Assembly (NCBI RefSeq): GCF_000497125.1
Contig: NC_090598.1
Coordinates: 496,001-560,000 of the forward strand
Length of the DNA stretch: 64,000 nucleotides
Reading direction: 5' to 3'
Origin: Spironucleus salmonicida
Taxonomy: Eukaryota
The position numbers and the translations under genes were made by a program. Shown piece after piece: positions 40,903-53,501 of this stretch (its first letter is position 1; each line of letters starts with the position of its first letter). The notes beneath the pieces are model-generated. The model saw only the letters and a list, made by a program, of their open reading frames with translations, had not been told where the DNA came from and made no database searches.

Positions 40903-41286
40903 ACTTAGTGGAGTTCTTGTCAGCTGTGGAAATAGTTGAGGGATACTCTAGGTTGAAGTAGTGGCAAATTCACCAACGGGTACATACTTCCGTTTGTATG
41001 AGGTCTTAAGTTCGAGGACTTCACGCTGAAGCCGGTCCCGTGCACAATTCTTCTTGACCAGAAATTTATATACCCCATGCTCATATGCCTTAACTTGATC
41101 AAAAACTCGTTCTTCGACGGTGCGCTCGTCTGTAAACTTATACTGAGGGATAGAGCGCTAGTACAGTTAAGAGGTAATATCGTAGTCTTTAAATAGTGCC
41201 TGAGAGTCAAGGTACTTCTTGTCCATGTTGAAAGCGAGTTCGAACTTCCGGCTATTCTGGTCGTCACCCTTCTCGTAGTCCTACAT
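40849..41286 (-). CDS. Hypothetical protein (145 aa)
   Basis: Code-6 ORF MQDYEKGDDQNSRKFELAF...RQRPPALD* with GC-richer, coding-like codon usage. Confidence 0.7.
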
Positions 41287-41610
41287 TTGGAAAGGGTACG
41301 ATTTTTTGCTAGTGAAGTGAATCGAATAATAACTTGTTTTGCTTAGTTTTTCTGATTTCAAGCTATCAGGAATATATTAATTTCGCTAAACACTTAATAT
41401 TATTATAAAGTTCTAGTTTAAAAATACATATTATAGTTCTTTTGCTTTAACTATCACTACATATTATTTATAAAAATTTTAGATTTAGTATAATATTATG
41501 TTCTCAATATGATTTAGTTAAAAGACCTTTTTAGAGAAAATTATTCACTATGATATTTCACACTAAATACTACAAAAATATCTAAATTACTAAATTATTT
41601 AACTTCATTC

Positions 41611-42939
41611 TCACTAATTCATAATTTTGCCCATTTCGCTCATTTGTACCACGTAGCCTTTTAGTAGTTCATTTGCTAAATCCACCAACTTTTTCTACGA
41701 AGTTACACAGTTATTTTTGACTCCACCAATTTGATCCCGAAGCTCTTAAACTTGAATTTTTAGTTCTTCAAGTTTGTCACTTGATTAGCATACTTCGTCG
41801 TCAATAAAAATTTATTCTTTTTTCAGCTGCCCATAGACCTCATTGAAGTCATTTCTAGCGGAAACTTCAAGAAACTACTTGTCTTTTTAGCCAATCTCCG
41901 CGGTTTGCTACTTTACAACTAAAATAAATTTTTCCACGTCCGATTTTTCTTCTAAAAGTGCAGCAAAATTACTTTATGCTTCGCCTAAAATTTCTTGAAG
42001 TTGGCCCAATTAACTGTTTTGGAATAGCGATTTTTCAGTAAATTCTTCTAAAGTTTCCAAGTCTTGCATCAATTGACTTTGTTTGAGAATGTGCTGTTAA
42101 GCTTCCAAAATTGCTTTTTATAATTCATCTCTTCGTGGTTGAATTTGTTCCATTTCGCTCATCATCTACGTTAGTTCTTAGGTAATTCTTAAAGGGGCAT
42201 CTGGCGCAATAATTTTTTGCTGTTATTGCTATATGCTGGATCGTAAATTTTGGTTTATATTTTCTAGATTATGAGATTCTCTAACTTTTGACTGTTGTTA
42301 GCTTTTTAATTATTAAAGCTAGGTTAGGTGTGATTTTAGTTCATTTAACAGTTTTTATAAGTTATATTTCTTTTCCTAAAAACATTTAGAGAAATCTGTT
42401 ATTTAAGATTTAAATTGGCTATGATTTCCAGCAATCTCTTAATATTCTTATTGTTTTTCCTTTAGCGATAAGTAAAAAATAGACAAATTATCTTTATTAG
42501 CTTAAAACTTTGAAACTAAATCTGAAATAATTTCACAAAGCATAGATTTGAATCTTAAAAAATTAGTTAGTGCTGAAAAAAATAAGGTAAACCTCTTTTT
42601 ATTGGGGGTTGTAAGATCTGATAAAGTAAAGTCATTTACTTAACAATTTTTAAACAAATCTCTAAGTTGAACATATAGCGTTAGAAGAGGTAGCGAGTTA
42701 GAATGAACATCTTAAGTTGATATTCTGAATACATTATTTATTTTGTCTTAGTTTAAAAGTTAAATTTCTGCAACAGGACGCAATTCACAGGATTCTACAA
42801 AGAATGAATATATTTGTTTTATTTTATCTGGATTTGGTTTATCTAGATCTTGTTTTGTTAGTTAAAAATCTGCCTCTCGTAATATTGATAAAATTTCAAC
42901 TTCCGATAGTAATGGGAAAGACAAAGTTGGCTTTTACAT
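41611..42939 (-). CDS. NUF2: Kinetochore protein Nuf2 (442 aa)
   Basis: SFPLLSEVEI..LTKQDLDKPNP..IY and CQVNDFTLSDLTTPNKKRFTLFFSALTNFLRF match the Nuf2 CH domain, followed by a long coiled coil; ends AGTGA. Confidence 0.88.
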
Positions 42940-43081
42940 TTTTAGGTTGTTTAAAAAATTTGCTCATATTATTGTATATAATTAATATAGTTTTCATATT
43001 AAATTAAGTAATATATAATTAAATATATTTAAAAACTTTATTAGAGATTATTTTAATTTTCGTCTTCCACTCCATGCGAGA

Positions 43082-43564
43082 ATGACTCATTCCAAGGGTT
43101 TCCGCTGCAAAACTAGAATGGTTTTCGCTCGTGCTTTCCGTTAGCATGGCGTACCTGCTCCATCCATCAACCTTGTGTAGTACAAGCGCGGTGACTACGT
43201 TGACATCCTCGTCAACGGTGCTATCCACAAAGGCATGCCTCATCGTTACTACCATGGTAAGACCGGTAAGGTCTTCAATGTGAATCCCCATTCTATCGGT
43301 GTTGAGTTCAACAAGAAGGTAGGCCCCAGATTCGTCAAAAAGTATATTCACGTCCGTGTTGAGCACATCCGCCCCTCTGCTTCCAACGCTGCACATATCG
43401 GCCGTGTTAAAGTTAATGATGAGCAGACCAAGCTCTATAAGGCTGGTAAGTCTGAATGGAAGTGCCTCAAGCGCATACCTGAATAGCCTCTTGCTGCCCA
43501 GATTCTCATTAAGCCAACCGTTGTTGATATCGCCCCCGTTCCTTACAAGGGAATTATCGTCTGA
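43082..43564 (+). CDS. RPL21: 60S ribosomal protein eL21 (160 aa)
   Basis: MTHSKGFRCKTR..GDYVDI..IHKGMPHRYYHGKTGKVFNV..HVRVEHIRPS. Confidence 0.97.
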
Positions 43565-45511
43565 TTAAATTTTGGTGCTTTGTTATCTATATACACTGTA
43601 TTTTGTGTTCATAGCGAACAATAAATGTTATTTACAAAATCGAATATTTTGCATTATATATTGCAAATATATTTTATCTCACACAAATGGCAGACGAAGA
43701 CGGCTACTCCAATTACTCTGCTTCTACGGCCTCCACATCAAACCAGCGTACACTCAATCCCACCTACTTTGAGATTATCGAATTGCCCCCAAAGTAGATC
43801 ACCAATCTGTATTTTGCAAGACTGTTTCCAGCATACTTCCTGCTAACGTTCACTCTTACTTTCGAAATCAGCATATGTGCTGGTTATGGGGGTATTAATA
43901 CAATATACGGTATGGCGATTCTTTAACCGGCTATTTTGTTCTTCAACTATTCTTTCCACTCGTCCACAGCCAGGGCTGGTATGCCACTGGTTGCAAAGGC
44001 CCTCGCCGCTGATTAATACTCTGTATCAGTCCATACTATGATGAGTTTGTATCTTATTTTCATGTTTGGGGTAATACTATGCGTGGGCCTTTACTTTGGA
44101 TTCATGAATCAAATGGTGACACAATTTGAGACTATGTATTATGTTATGGCACTTTTATTAGGTAGTATATTTTCCGCTTTCTAGGTTACTATGTCGGCTT
44201 TCTTTATGGTGGAGAATCGCGGTGGTATTATGTTCTGCCGGGACTTTATCGGTCTGTGTCTTCGAACCACCGTTTTGATAGTAGTCTATAACATAGAGAA
44301 CAACCTCAACCATGATTAAAAGCCGAGTCTTCTTAGCCCTGGCATTGCTCAGCTGATTAGTTACATTGTGCTATGTATTATTTCGTTTGTTGCTGCTACT
44401 TAGTTCGACACATTTGACCTTCAGTTTTCTGGGATTCTAAAGTTCTCACTCAAAAAGATCAACCCGATCCGGCCTCGCGTTATCATTAAATTATTCTTAA
44501 ACTTCCTCCCTGCTCTTGGATGTAATGCTACAGATTTTGTAGCGCTACTCCTAGCTAATTATTTCATAATTTTTTCTATCGATACTGAGTAGGAAAAGAT
44601 TATTCGGATTATCTAAAACAGCATATTCTGTACATTTGCCTTTATTTGCATAAAACTGAACACTATTATATCTGAAACTTATATCGCTTTAGCGTCAACA
44701 AATTTCGGCGTTAAGAAAATATCCAGAGTATATGCTATTTTCAAGCATGCTGCAGTTATGGGTGCCACTATATCTCTTTTTATGTCGGTTATTGTCGTGG
44801 TTTTAGGAAGATTTCTCATATAAGTTTTCTTTAGAAAACTTGATGATTTCATGTATATCGAAGATTTAATTACAAGATGTCAAGATGCTATGATGTATGC
44901 TGGAATCTATGGGTTTTAACGTATTATCTCTGGACTAGGAATCAGTGCTATTGTCGTTGAGGGCCTGGTCAAGCAGCAACTAGTAATTGTACTACCGCGG
45001 CTATGCACAATCATTGGAGGTGTAGTATCTTGCCACTATCTACTAGGGTCGATGGCTAATTATCCGATGATAATATGCATAGGAGAGATATCAGGAGTTG
45101 CTGCAGGGATTCCAACAGTGGTATGGTTCTGGATAAAATATAAACAAGTAGCTTCCACGGATGCTAAAGTAATCAAGGAAGAGGAGCAACTAACAAATAA
45201 TGAAATGGTGCAGAATATCAGAATCACGATAGCTGAAAGCATCAATGCAGAGGAAGAGGACGAGGAGATGCTGAAAGCAAAACAAGGCACAATTACTGGC
45301 GTCGCTAATAAGCAGCTGCTTTTACGGGAGAGTTTGGGGTTCCGTAGTCTCGCAAGCACAGTAGACCGTCAGAGTGCTGTGCTCGAGGAGTGAACGCGGA
45401 TGTAGTAATACGATATGCAGTTAACACTAAGTGTATGAACATATTACTTCCAATATAAGATCTTTCTGGTAGAAGTATTTAAATCGAATATATTCGCTTA
45501 ACTACTAATTT
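43162..45511. repeat. Long inverted repeat, arm 1 (2350 bp; partner 48214-50563)
   Basis: Paired coordinates sum to 93725; mirrored identical ORFs in the track; no mismatch found in spot checks. Confidence 0.95.
43687..45393 (+). CDS. Divergent MATE-like multi-pass transporter, copy 1 (568 aa)
   Basis: Many hydrophobic helices; GINTIYGMAILQP..ARAGMPLVAKALAADQ resembles the MATE TM2 'G...LISQALGA' motif; acidic C-tail; ends AGTGA. Confidence 0.75.
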
Positions 45512-45543
45512 TATTATAGTATATAAATTAAAATCGAAAAATA

Positions 45544-48198
45544 TCATTATTTATTACTTTTTTTTCGTTCTATAAGCCATTTTCTAACATCATCATCACA
45601 ATATCTTCTGAAGCAAATAACTTTAAAACTAAGCATATCTCCGCCATCTGCTTTAATTTTCAGATCTTTCGTATGCAAATTATGTAAGGAAAGTATATCA
45701 ACAATCTATTTAAAGGTATCATTTAGAAAATCATCATCGGTATACTTTCCAAATTATGTAAGTGCATACATAAAGTCTGTAGATAGTATATCATAGTCTT
45801 CCTTTCCTATACTTCTTGCCCTTAGACCAGAATCTGTTAATAATTGGTAATAATATCGCTAAAATTAAATTAACATTTATTAAATTAAGAAAATATTGAC
45901 TTATATTATAGAGGATTTATGTATAATTTCAAATTAGTTAGTTAACAAGTTAACAATATCTACAAGCTACTTTGTTGATGCTACTGGGCAATAAACTTAC
46001 TACCAAATAAATATTATTTCTTGCATAAAATACTAAGAATAATCCGACGATAATATTTTTTTTGAATTTTATAATTATTCTTATATTCTTTATTTAAAAT
46101 CAGTAAACTAATCTAAAGCTTAATTTTACAAACCATTTCTTAAAAGCAACGTGTAGCCATCATTAACATCATTACCAACAGATGCAAATAATAGCTCTAT
46201 TTCAGATTATAACTTAACTAAGGAATTCATTCTCATGATAACAGTTCTTAAATTTTGATTTGCTGACTGACTTCTTTAAAATTAATTAGTCTTTTCTTTC
46301 ACAATCGAATTATACTCTTCTATATTTTAATTATAGATAGCCGCCAGCCCTGGATTTTATATTTTTGACGGATCAAAGAGAATTTTCCCCTTCCATTTTT
46401 TCTAAATAGATTTTCCATCATTAAAATCTGATTCTTCGAGATCTACCAATTAATGTTATTTATTGAAGATAACAAATATTTGCTTTATTTAACTAAGTAA
46501 ACCTGAAAATAATAATTAATATGAATCAATATTAATATTAAATTTCCCAATAATTTCAGAAAATACAGTACTTATTAAAGTAATAGAATCAGCAACAAAA
46601 GATGAGATAACAACTTCTTTTTTTTAATCTTAAATAATGAATTCATCTTCTTTATTTGTGCTGATAATATGTTGTATGTGATCAAATTCAGCTTAAATTA
46701 TAGTAGAAATTAAAGGATATGTTAATTATAATAAAATTGCCTTATCAAAATAATCTTATACCTTTGATGAAAATTTAATAAAAATTTACTAAATTAATTA
46801 TAATATTTCTTACAAGCTTTGAATATTTACTCTAAAAAGTATACCATTTTCAATAAACCAATTTTACTTAATCAATATTAACGAATCGTATAATAATTTA
46901 ATAATCGATCCTGAAAAAGCTGTATAACAGGATATAATCTGCTGACCTTATGGCTATGTTTCGGATGTTGTCCCTACAAAATTTACATCTGACAAATTAA
47001 ACTATGAATTAATATTAAACACACCACATAATCTAGATTAACTATGGAAATTATTTATAACTGGTAAAAATATATCAATTTATGGTTGAATTTCTAAATA
47101 AAACTTCTTCAGAAACTCTTTAAACACTAAAACTGCGCCTTATTTAGATGAATTATGATTAAATTCTTAAGAGATTAGTTAAAATTATTTAATAACTGAC
47201 GATACAATAAGTTTTTCTAATCGGACATCAAAATTTTTCTTATTTTATATCTAGGTATGAAAAAATCTTAAAATTTCCAAAAATGGATGAAAATTTTTAA
47301 AATCTAGGCAAAATTGCTATACATAGTTCTAAGAAACTAGATTAAGCTAGCTTTTTAATAACTATATCATATCTTATCTAAAATATAATTATTATTACAA
47401 CTAGAAAGATAAAATTTACAGTTATTCGTTTTTTACTATATCTTCTATATTTAAAATTAGTGATGAACTAAAAATATGATTCTATTTTAAATGTACAAAG
47501 AATAATTTTGCCATAATTTGATCTATTTAAAGTGATTAACTTTTTTCTATAAATGGCCTAAGGAAGTATTTCGCAACAAGTAGTTCAAAATATTCAGGTA
47601 ATATTAGTTATAGGGATAACTCTGATATAATATGTTCTGATTTTGAGACAGATAGCTTGAATTCTTCGTCATCTTATGAATAATTAAGATATTTTTCATT
47701 AAACTTTAGTAATTGATTTAGTTATTCATTGTCTTGTTTACTGCAGTTTAAACAAAAATTAACTAAATAACAATATTTATACCTTGTGAAAACAGATAAT
47801 GGCAATATATTTGATATTTCATTGAGTCTATTATCTTAAAATATTTACTTACCTTCTTGGTATATTGAATTGGGAATTTAATATTAGACACGAAATGTAG
47901 ATAATAGTTTTATAAAATTCGGTAACAATTCTAATTATTTTAAACAATAATCTCCAGCCAACTGTGCAATAATACTTTCATCATAATCAATTTAAGACAA
48001 ATCTTTAACTATTTCTATTTAACAAGACTATTATTCAATATTGTCAGGTAAATTAATAACTTTTAATTCCGGATTGTCTAATTATTCTATAAGATACTAT
48101 AAATCTAATTAGATTAAAGTATCAAATCTAATTGGTGATAGCTTTTGAAAATTTTTATGCAAAAATCTATACAATAATTCTTTTTGAATAATGTTCAT
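45544..48198 (-). CDS. Large hypothetical, probably alpha-helical protein (884 aa)
   Basis: Frame scanned free of TGA from MNIIQKELL to WLIERKKSNKQ*; fills the spacer between the inverted repeat arms. Confidence 0.75.
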
Positions 48199-48331
48199 GT
48201 AGTAAAAGAAAGGAAATTAGTAGTTAAGCGAATATATTCGATTTAAATACTTCTACCAGAAAGATCTTATATTGGAAGTAATATGTTCATACACTTAGTG
48301 TTAACTGCATATCGTATTACTACATCCGCGT

Positions 48332-50038
48332 TCACTCCTCGAGCACAGCACTCTGACGGTCTACTGTGCTTGCGAGACTACGGAACCCCAAACTCTCCCG
48401 TAAAAGCAGCTGCTTATTAGCGACGCCAGTAATTGTGCCTTGTTTTGCTTTCAGCATCTCCTCGTCCTCTTCCTCTGCATTGATGCTTTCAGCTATCGTG
48501 ATTCTGATATTCTGCACCATTTCATTATTTGTTAGTTGCTCCTCTTCCTTGATTACTTTAGCATCCGTGGAAGCTACTTGTTTATATTTTATCCAGAACC
48601 ATACCACTGTTGGAATCCCTGCAGCAACTCCTGATATCTCTCCTATGCATATTATCATCGGATAATTAGCCATCGACCCTAGTAGATAGTGGCAAGATAC
48701 TACACCTCCAATGATTGTGCATAGCCGCGGTAGTACAATTACTAGTTGCTGCTTGACCAGGCCCTCAACGACAATAGCACTGATTCCTAGTCCAGAGATA
48801 ATACGTTAAAACCCATAGATTCCAGCATACATCATAGCATCTTGACATCTTGTAATTAAATCTTCGATATACATGAAATCATCAAGTTTTCTAAAGAAAA
48901 CTTATATGAGAAATCTTCCTAAAACCACGACAATAACCGACATAAAAAGAGATATAGTGGCACCCATAACTGCAGCATGCTTGAAAATAGCATATACTCT
49001 GGATATTTTCTTAACGCCGAAATTTGTTGACGCTAAAGCGATATAAGTTTCAGATATAATAGTGTTCAGTTTTATGCAAATAAAGGCAAATGTACAGAAT
49101 ATGCTGTTTTAGATAATCCGAATAATCTTTTCCTACTCAGTATCGATAGAAAAAATTATGAAATAATTAGCTAGGAGTAGCGCTACAAAATCTGTAGCAT
49201 TACATCCAAGAGCAGGGAGGAAGTTTAAGAATAATTTAATGATAACGCGAGGCCGGATCGGGTTGATCTTTTTGAGTGAGAACTTTAGAATCCCAGAAAA
49301 CTGAAGGTCAAATGTGTCGAACTAAGTAGCAGCAACAAACGAAATAATACATAGCACAATGTAACTAATCAGCTGAGCAATGCCAGGGCTAAGAAGACTC
49401 GGCTTTTAATCATGGTTGAGGTTGTTCTCTATGTTATAGACTACTATCAAAACGGTGGTTCGAAGACACAGACCGATAAAGTCCCGGCAGAACATAATAC
49501 CACCGCGATTCTCCACCATAAAGAAAGCCGACATAGTAACCTAGAAAGCGGAAAATATACTACCTAATAAAAGTGCCATAACATAATACATAGTCTCAAA
49601 TTGTGTCACCATTTGATTCATGAATCCAAAGTAAAGGCCCACGCATAGTATTACCCCAAACATGAAAATAAGATACAAACTCATCATAGTATGGACTGAT
49701 ACAGAGTATTAATCAGCGGCGAGGGCCTTTGCAACCAGTGGCATACCAGCCCTGGCTGTGGACGAGTGGAAAGAATAGTTGAAGAACAAAATAGCCGGTT
49801 AAAGAATCGCCATACCGTATATTGTATTAATACCCCCATAACCAGCACATATGCTGATTTCGAAAGTAAGAGTGAACGTTAGCAGGAAGTATGCTGGAAA
49901 CAGTCTTGCAAAATACAGATTGGTGATCTACTTTGGGGGCAATTCGATAATCTCAAAGTAGGTGGGATTGAGTGTACGCTGGTTTGATGTGGAGGCCGTA
50001 GAAGCAGAGTAATTGGAGTAGCCGTCTTCGTCTGCCAT
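48332..50038 (-). CDS. Divergent MATE-like transporter, copy 2
   Basis: Complete inverted copy of 43687-45393. Confidence 0.75.
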
Positions 50039-50160
50039 TTGTGTGAGATAAAATATATTTGCAATATATAATGCAAAATATTCGATTTTGTAAATAACAT
50101 TTATTGTTCGCTATGAACACAAAATACAGTGTATATAGATAACAAAGCACCAAAATTTAA

Positions 50161-50563
50161 TCAGACGATAATTCCCTTGTAAGGAACGGGGGCGATATCA
50201 ACAACGGTTGGCTTAATGAGAATCTGGGCAGCAAGAGGCTATTCAGGTATGCGCTTGAGGCACTTCCATTCAGACTTACCAGCCTTATAGAGCTTGGTCT
50301 GCTCATCATTAACTTTAACACGGCCGATATGTGCAGCGTTGGAAGCAGAGGGGCGGATGTGCTCAACACGGACGTGAATATACTTTTTGACGAATCTGGG
50401 GCCTACCTTCTTGTTGAACTCAACACCGATAGAATGGGGATTCACATTGAAGACCTTACCGGTCTTACCATGGTAGTAACGATGAGGCATGCCTTTGTGG
50501 ATAGCACCGTTGACGAGGATGTCAACGTAGTCACCGCGCTTGTACTACACAAGGTTGATGGAT
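50161..50563 (-). pseudogene. RPL21: 5'-truncated RPL21 copy
   Basis: Matches 43162-43564 but lacks the ATG and the first ~27 codons; the adjacent upstream ATG is out of frame. Confidence 0.88.
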
Positions 50564-50633
50564 ACATCAATGATAAATTAATAAATATTTTACTATAATT
50601 TAGCATAATTCGAAATAATACATTAAATATGAA

Positions 50634-50873
50634 TCACTTAATGCAAAATTTGAATATCCCTTTTGGTTTTGGTGTTTGTTAGATATTTTTTAATTTTGTA
50701 ATATTTCCATCCAGCTAATCTTATAAAATAAGATTTTCTTATTCTGATACATGAGTTTCAATAACTTCTTCAAATATATTTTATTAAGATATAGGTGATG
50801 AAATACCTAGTGGGGCTGATATTTCTGTTGTTGATGGACTATTTACTATTATCTCACAACGATTGCATTCCAT
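50634..50873 (-). CDS. Small hypothetical protein (~79 aa)
   Basis: MECNRCEIIVNSPS...KPKGIFKFCIK*, ends AGTGA; start uncertain. Confidence 0.45.
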
Positions 50874-51626
50874 AAATTCTATTTAATAAATCAATTTAAT
50901 ATATAATAATCTAGTAATATAGCATAATTTATAATGCTGAACAATTGTTGAAAACCATTATTATAATTTTAATAAAGAAAAACATTGATATCATGCAATA
51001 TAATTGAGGTATTCATGCTAATCCACATTGAAATATAATATTTTTAAATAATATTATCTAGAAAATTTAAAGCAAATCATAATTAGCTCAATACTTAATT
51101 TCAGTGGGTCGTTTTGTTATTTCTTCAAATATATTAATTGAGATCAATTTATTATTTAGTAAACTTGACAATATTCAGTAGATAATAAAAGAATATCAAG
51201 TATCTTTAAATTTATATATAAGATAATGAACAATATTACATAGTCTACTACTGAGTATATAAAGTTTTAATATTTTATCCGTAAATTTTTATTATATAGA
51301 AGATAATACTTAGATATATTAAATAGCTAAATCACTAGCTAATCAAAAAGGAATCAAAATAATGTTTATTTTTAGTTTTTATTACTATAGTCTTTTACAT
51401 ATAAACTATTAGATGCTAATATACTATCATATAGTTTGTACAATATATTACCGCAGTATTAGAGTATTTTCTTATTCTTAATTTAAAGATATGATTATGG
51501 TTAGAAAAATTTATGTAAACTACTAAATAATCAAAATTAAATCTATCATAGAAATTATACAATTTCTTATTTACACTTAAAATTATATTAAGTAACAAAT
51601 ATAATATTTTATTCATATAATCTAAA

Positions 51627-51986
51627 ATGAAAAAGATTTGTGCAGTGGAAAACTGTAAAGAATGCTATTTCGAAAGAAATAAATGCACCACTTGTTAAAA
51701 TGAATATAAACTTTTAGATGATAAATGTTAAGAATGTAGTTTTGGTAATGTAAAAAGAAATAATAAATGTATACCAGTTAATACATCAAGTATAATATTT
51801 ATAGTTGCAGTAACGGTTTTACCATTAATGTTTATTGTGTTTTCTATTCTCTTTGTTATTAAAGTTATTATTGAGTTAAAAGATAAAACAATTAAAAAAG
51901 ACAATGAAGATTTATTATTGCTTACAGATAAAGATAGTATAAGTGCCGAAGCAAAAATAGGTGAATATGCTTATAACTATGATTGA
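51627..51986 (+). CDS. Mini cysteine-rich membrane protein (119 aa)
   Basis: MKKICAVENCKEC...; 8-Cys module, TM, tail ...KKDNEDLLLLTD...YNYD*. Confidence 0.85.
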
Positions 51987-52006
51987 ATACTATTTAATTA
52001 ATCATA

Positions 52007-52774
52007 TCACTAGTAAATATTATTATAAACTAAATAAATGTATCTTCTTAGAGTATCAACCACACAAAAACATATATTACTAGGATGAAGTTCCCCATCA
52101 TCATTTCCTGGAAATAAATCAAATTTTTAACCTAGACTATTAATTTTATATGCTAATAGGTGTTTAAGAGTTAGATTTTCTTCGGCTTCAAGTCTAACTG
52201 GTTTTATTACTCCTTTGTAGATCATAACTGCTAAATCAACATATTCCTTAACTTTATCACTTTATTAATTTAAACTTCCACCGCTTCTTAATAAAGAAAA
52301 AACTATGTTTAAAATTTCGCTTCTCCATGCCGCATCAAAAATTACATCTTACTCATCATCAAAAGAGAACAAATCTTTATCTAATAAAAAATTTAATTCC
52401 ATATCAAATTTTTACAGTGTTTCAGGTGCCATACCTTTAAAAGTTTCTCCTTAAACATATTTTGCAGAAACGGCAGGCATAAGATCGTCAAATTTTTTGG
52501 ACGAGATCGAAAGTTCTGTATAACCAGGAGATACATCTTTAGGAATTCTAATATTTTAATTTCCAGACATATCTGGAATTGCAAATGTCGATTGAAGCTC
52601 TGGAGATGTGAAAAATTCATCAAAAAATGCTTATACTTCAGTTGGCACAAAAGCCTTAGAGAATGCGTAGCGAGACATTTTCATAGAATGATGCAAACCA
52701 AACTGTTTTAGGGAAGCAGTTGCTTCATTAGTTAAGATAGTGTCTAGGTTAAAATGTGGATCAAATGTGAACAT
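52007..52774 (-). CDS. CFAP300: CFAP300 (C11orf70)-like dynein-arm assembly factor (255 aa)
   Basis: SGGSLNQQSD.VKEYVDLAVMIYKGVI and LFPG..HPSNMF resemble the family's GG.LCQYED...Y...YKDLV and FP...HPQNF motifs; ends AGTGA. Confidence 0.72.
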
Positions 52775-52835
52775 TTTGTGGAAAGGTATAAATTTATGTA
52801 AATTCTATAATTAAATTCTATAATAATATTTATTA

Positions 52836-53276
52836 TCACTTGGAGGAACTCAACCCAGAAACAGTCAGAATTAACTTCCTGTCTCCACCAAAATTTCTGT
52901 GCTCATTGAGATAAATCCCCTACCAAGTACCTAATACCATTTTACCCTCTCTAACTGGAATAGTAAGATCTACTCCACAAATTACAGATAAACAATGACT
53001 TGGCATATCATCAGAACCTTCATAGCAATGATCGTACTGTAAGCTCTTAGGTGCTATTCTGTCCATTACTTTATGTAAATCCGTTCTAACTGTTGGATCC
53101 GCATTTTCATTTATTGATATTGAAGCAGATGTATGAGTTAAAAAAATATGGATCTAACCACATTTTACCTGGTCTAATAACTAAGCTGATCCTTTATATA
53201 CATCTGGTGTAATTAAGTAACTACCCTTCTTTTTTCCTGGAACTAAAATTTGTATTTGTTCAGCAAAATAACTCAT
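52836..53276 (-). CDS. YjbQ / UPF0047 family protein (146 aa)
   Basis: HTSASISINENADPTVRTD, YDHCYEGSDDMPSH and LGTWQGIYLNEHR; ends AGTGA. Confidence 0.92.
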
Positions 53277-53336
53277 TTTTGTTAATAATAATATTACGGA
53301 TATTATAATAACTCTTTACTTTACTAACGAAGATTT

Positions 53337-53486
53337 ATGTTTGGCAATGATGATTTGAAATAACATGTAGAAACTGTTATTCTAGTTATTATCTTTATTA
53401 TAATTACTTTTTCTTTGCTATACTACTTTCTAAAGTATCGCAGGATTCTAAGACAGAACCTAATATAGGTTGAGCGCTCTCCGTGA
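53337..53486 (+). CDS. Putative single-TM microprotein (49 aa)
   Basis: MFGNDDLKQHVETVILVIIFIIITFSLLYYFLKYRRILRQNLIQVERSP*; TM followed by basic residues; fills the gap between two genes. Confidence 0.5.
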
Positions 53487-53501
53487 TATTTGAGTTTCAT
53501 A

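Larger units (their letters stand above)
48214..50563. repeat. Long inverted repeat, arm 2
   Basis: Reverse complement of 43162-45511. Confidence 0.95.

Noticed and set aside
43162-50563. Composite transposon or TIR element
   Set aside because: The arms are host genes (RPL21, MATE); no transposase motif or target-site duplication was seen.
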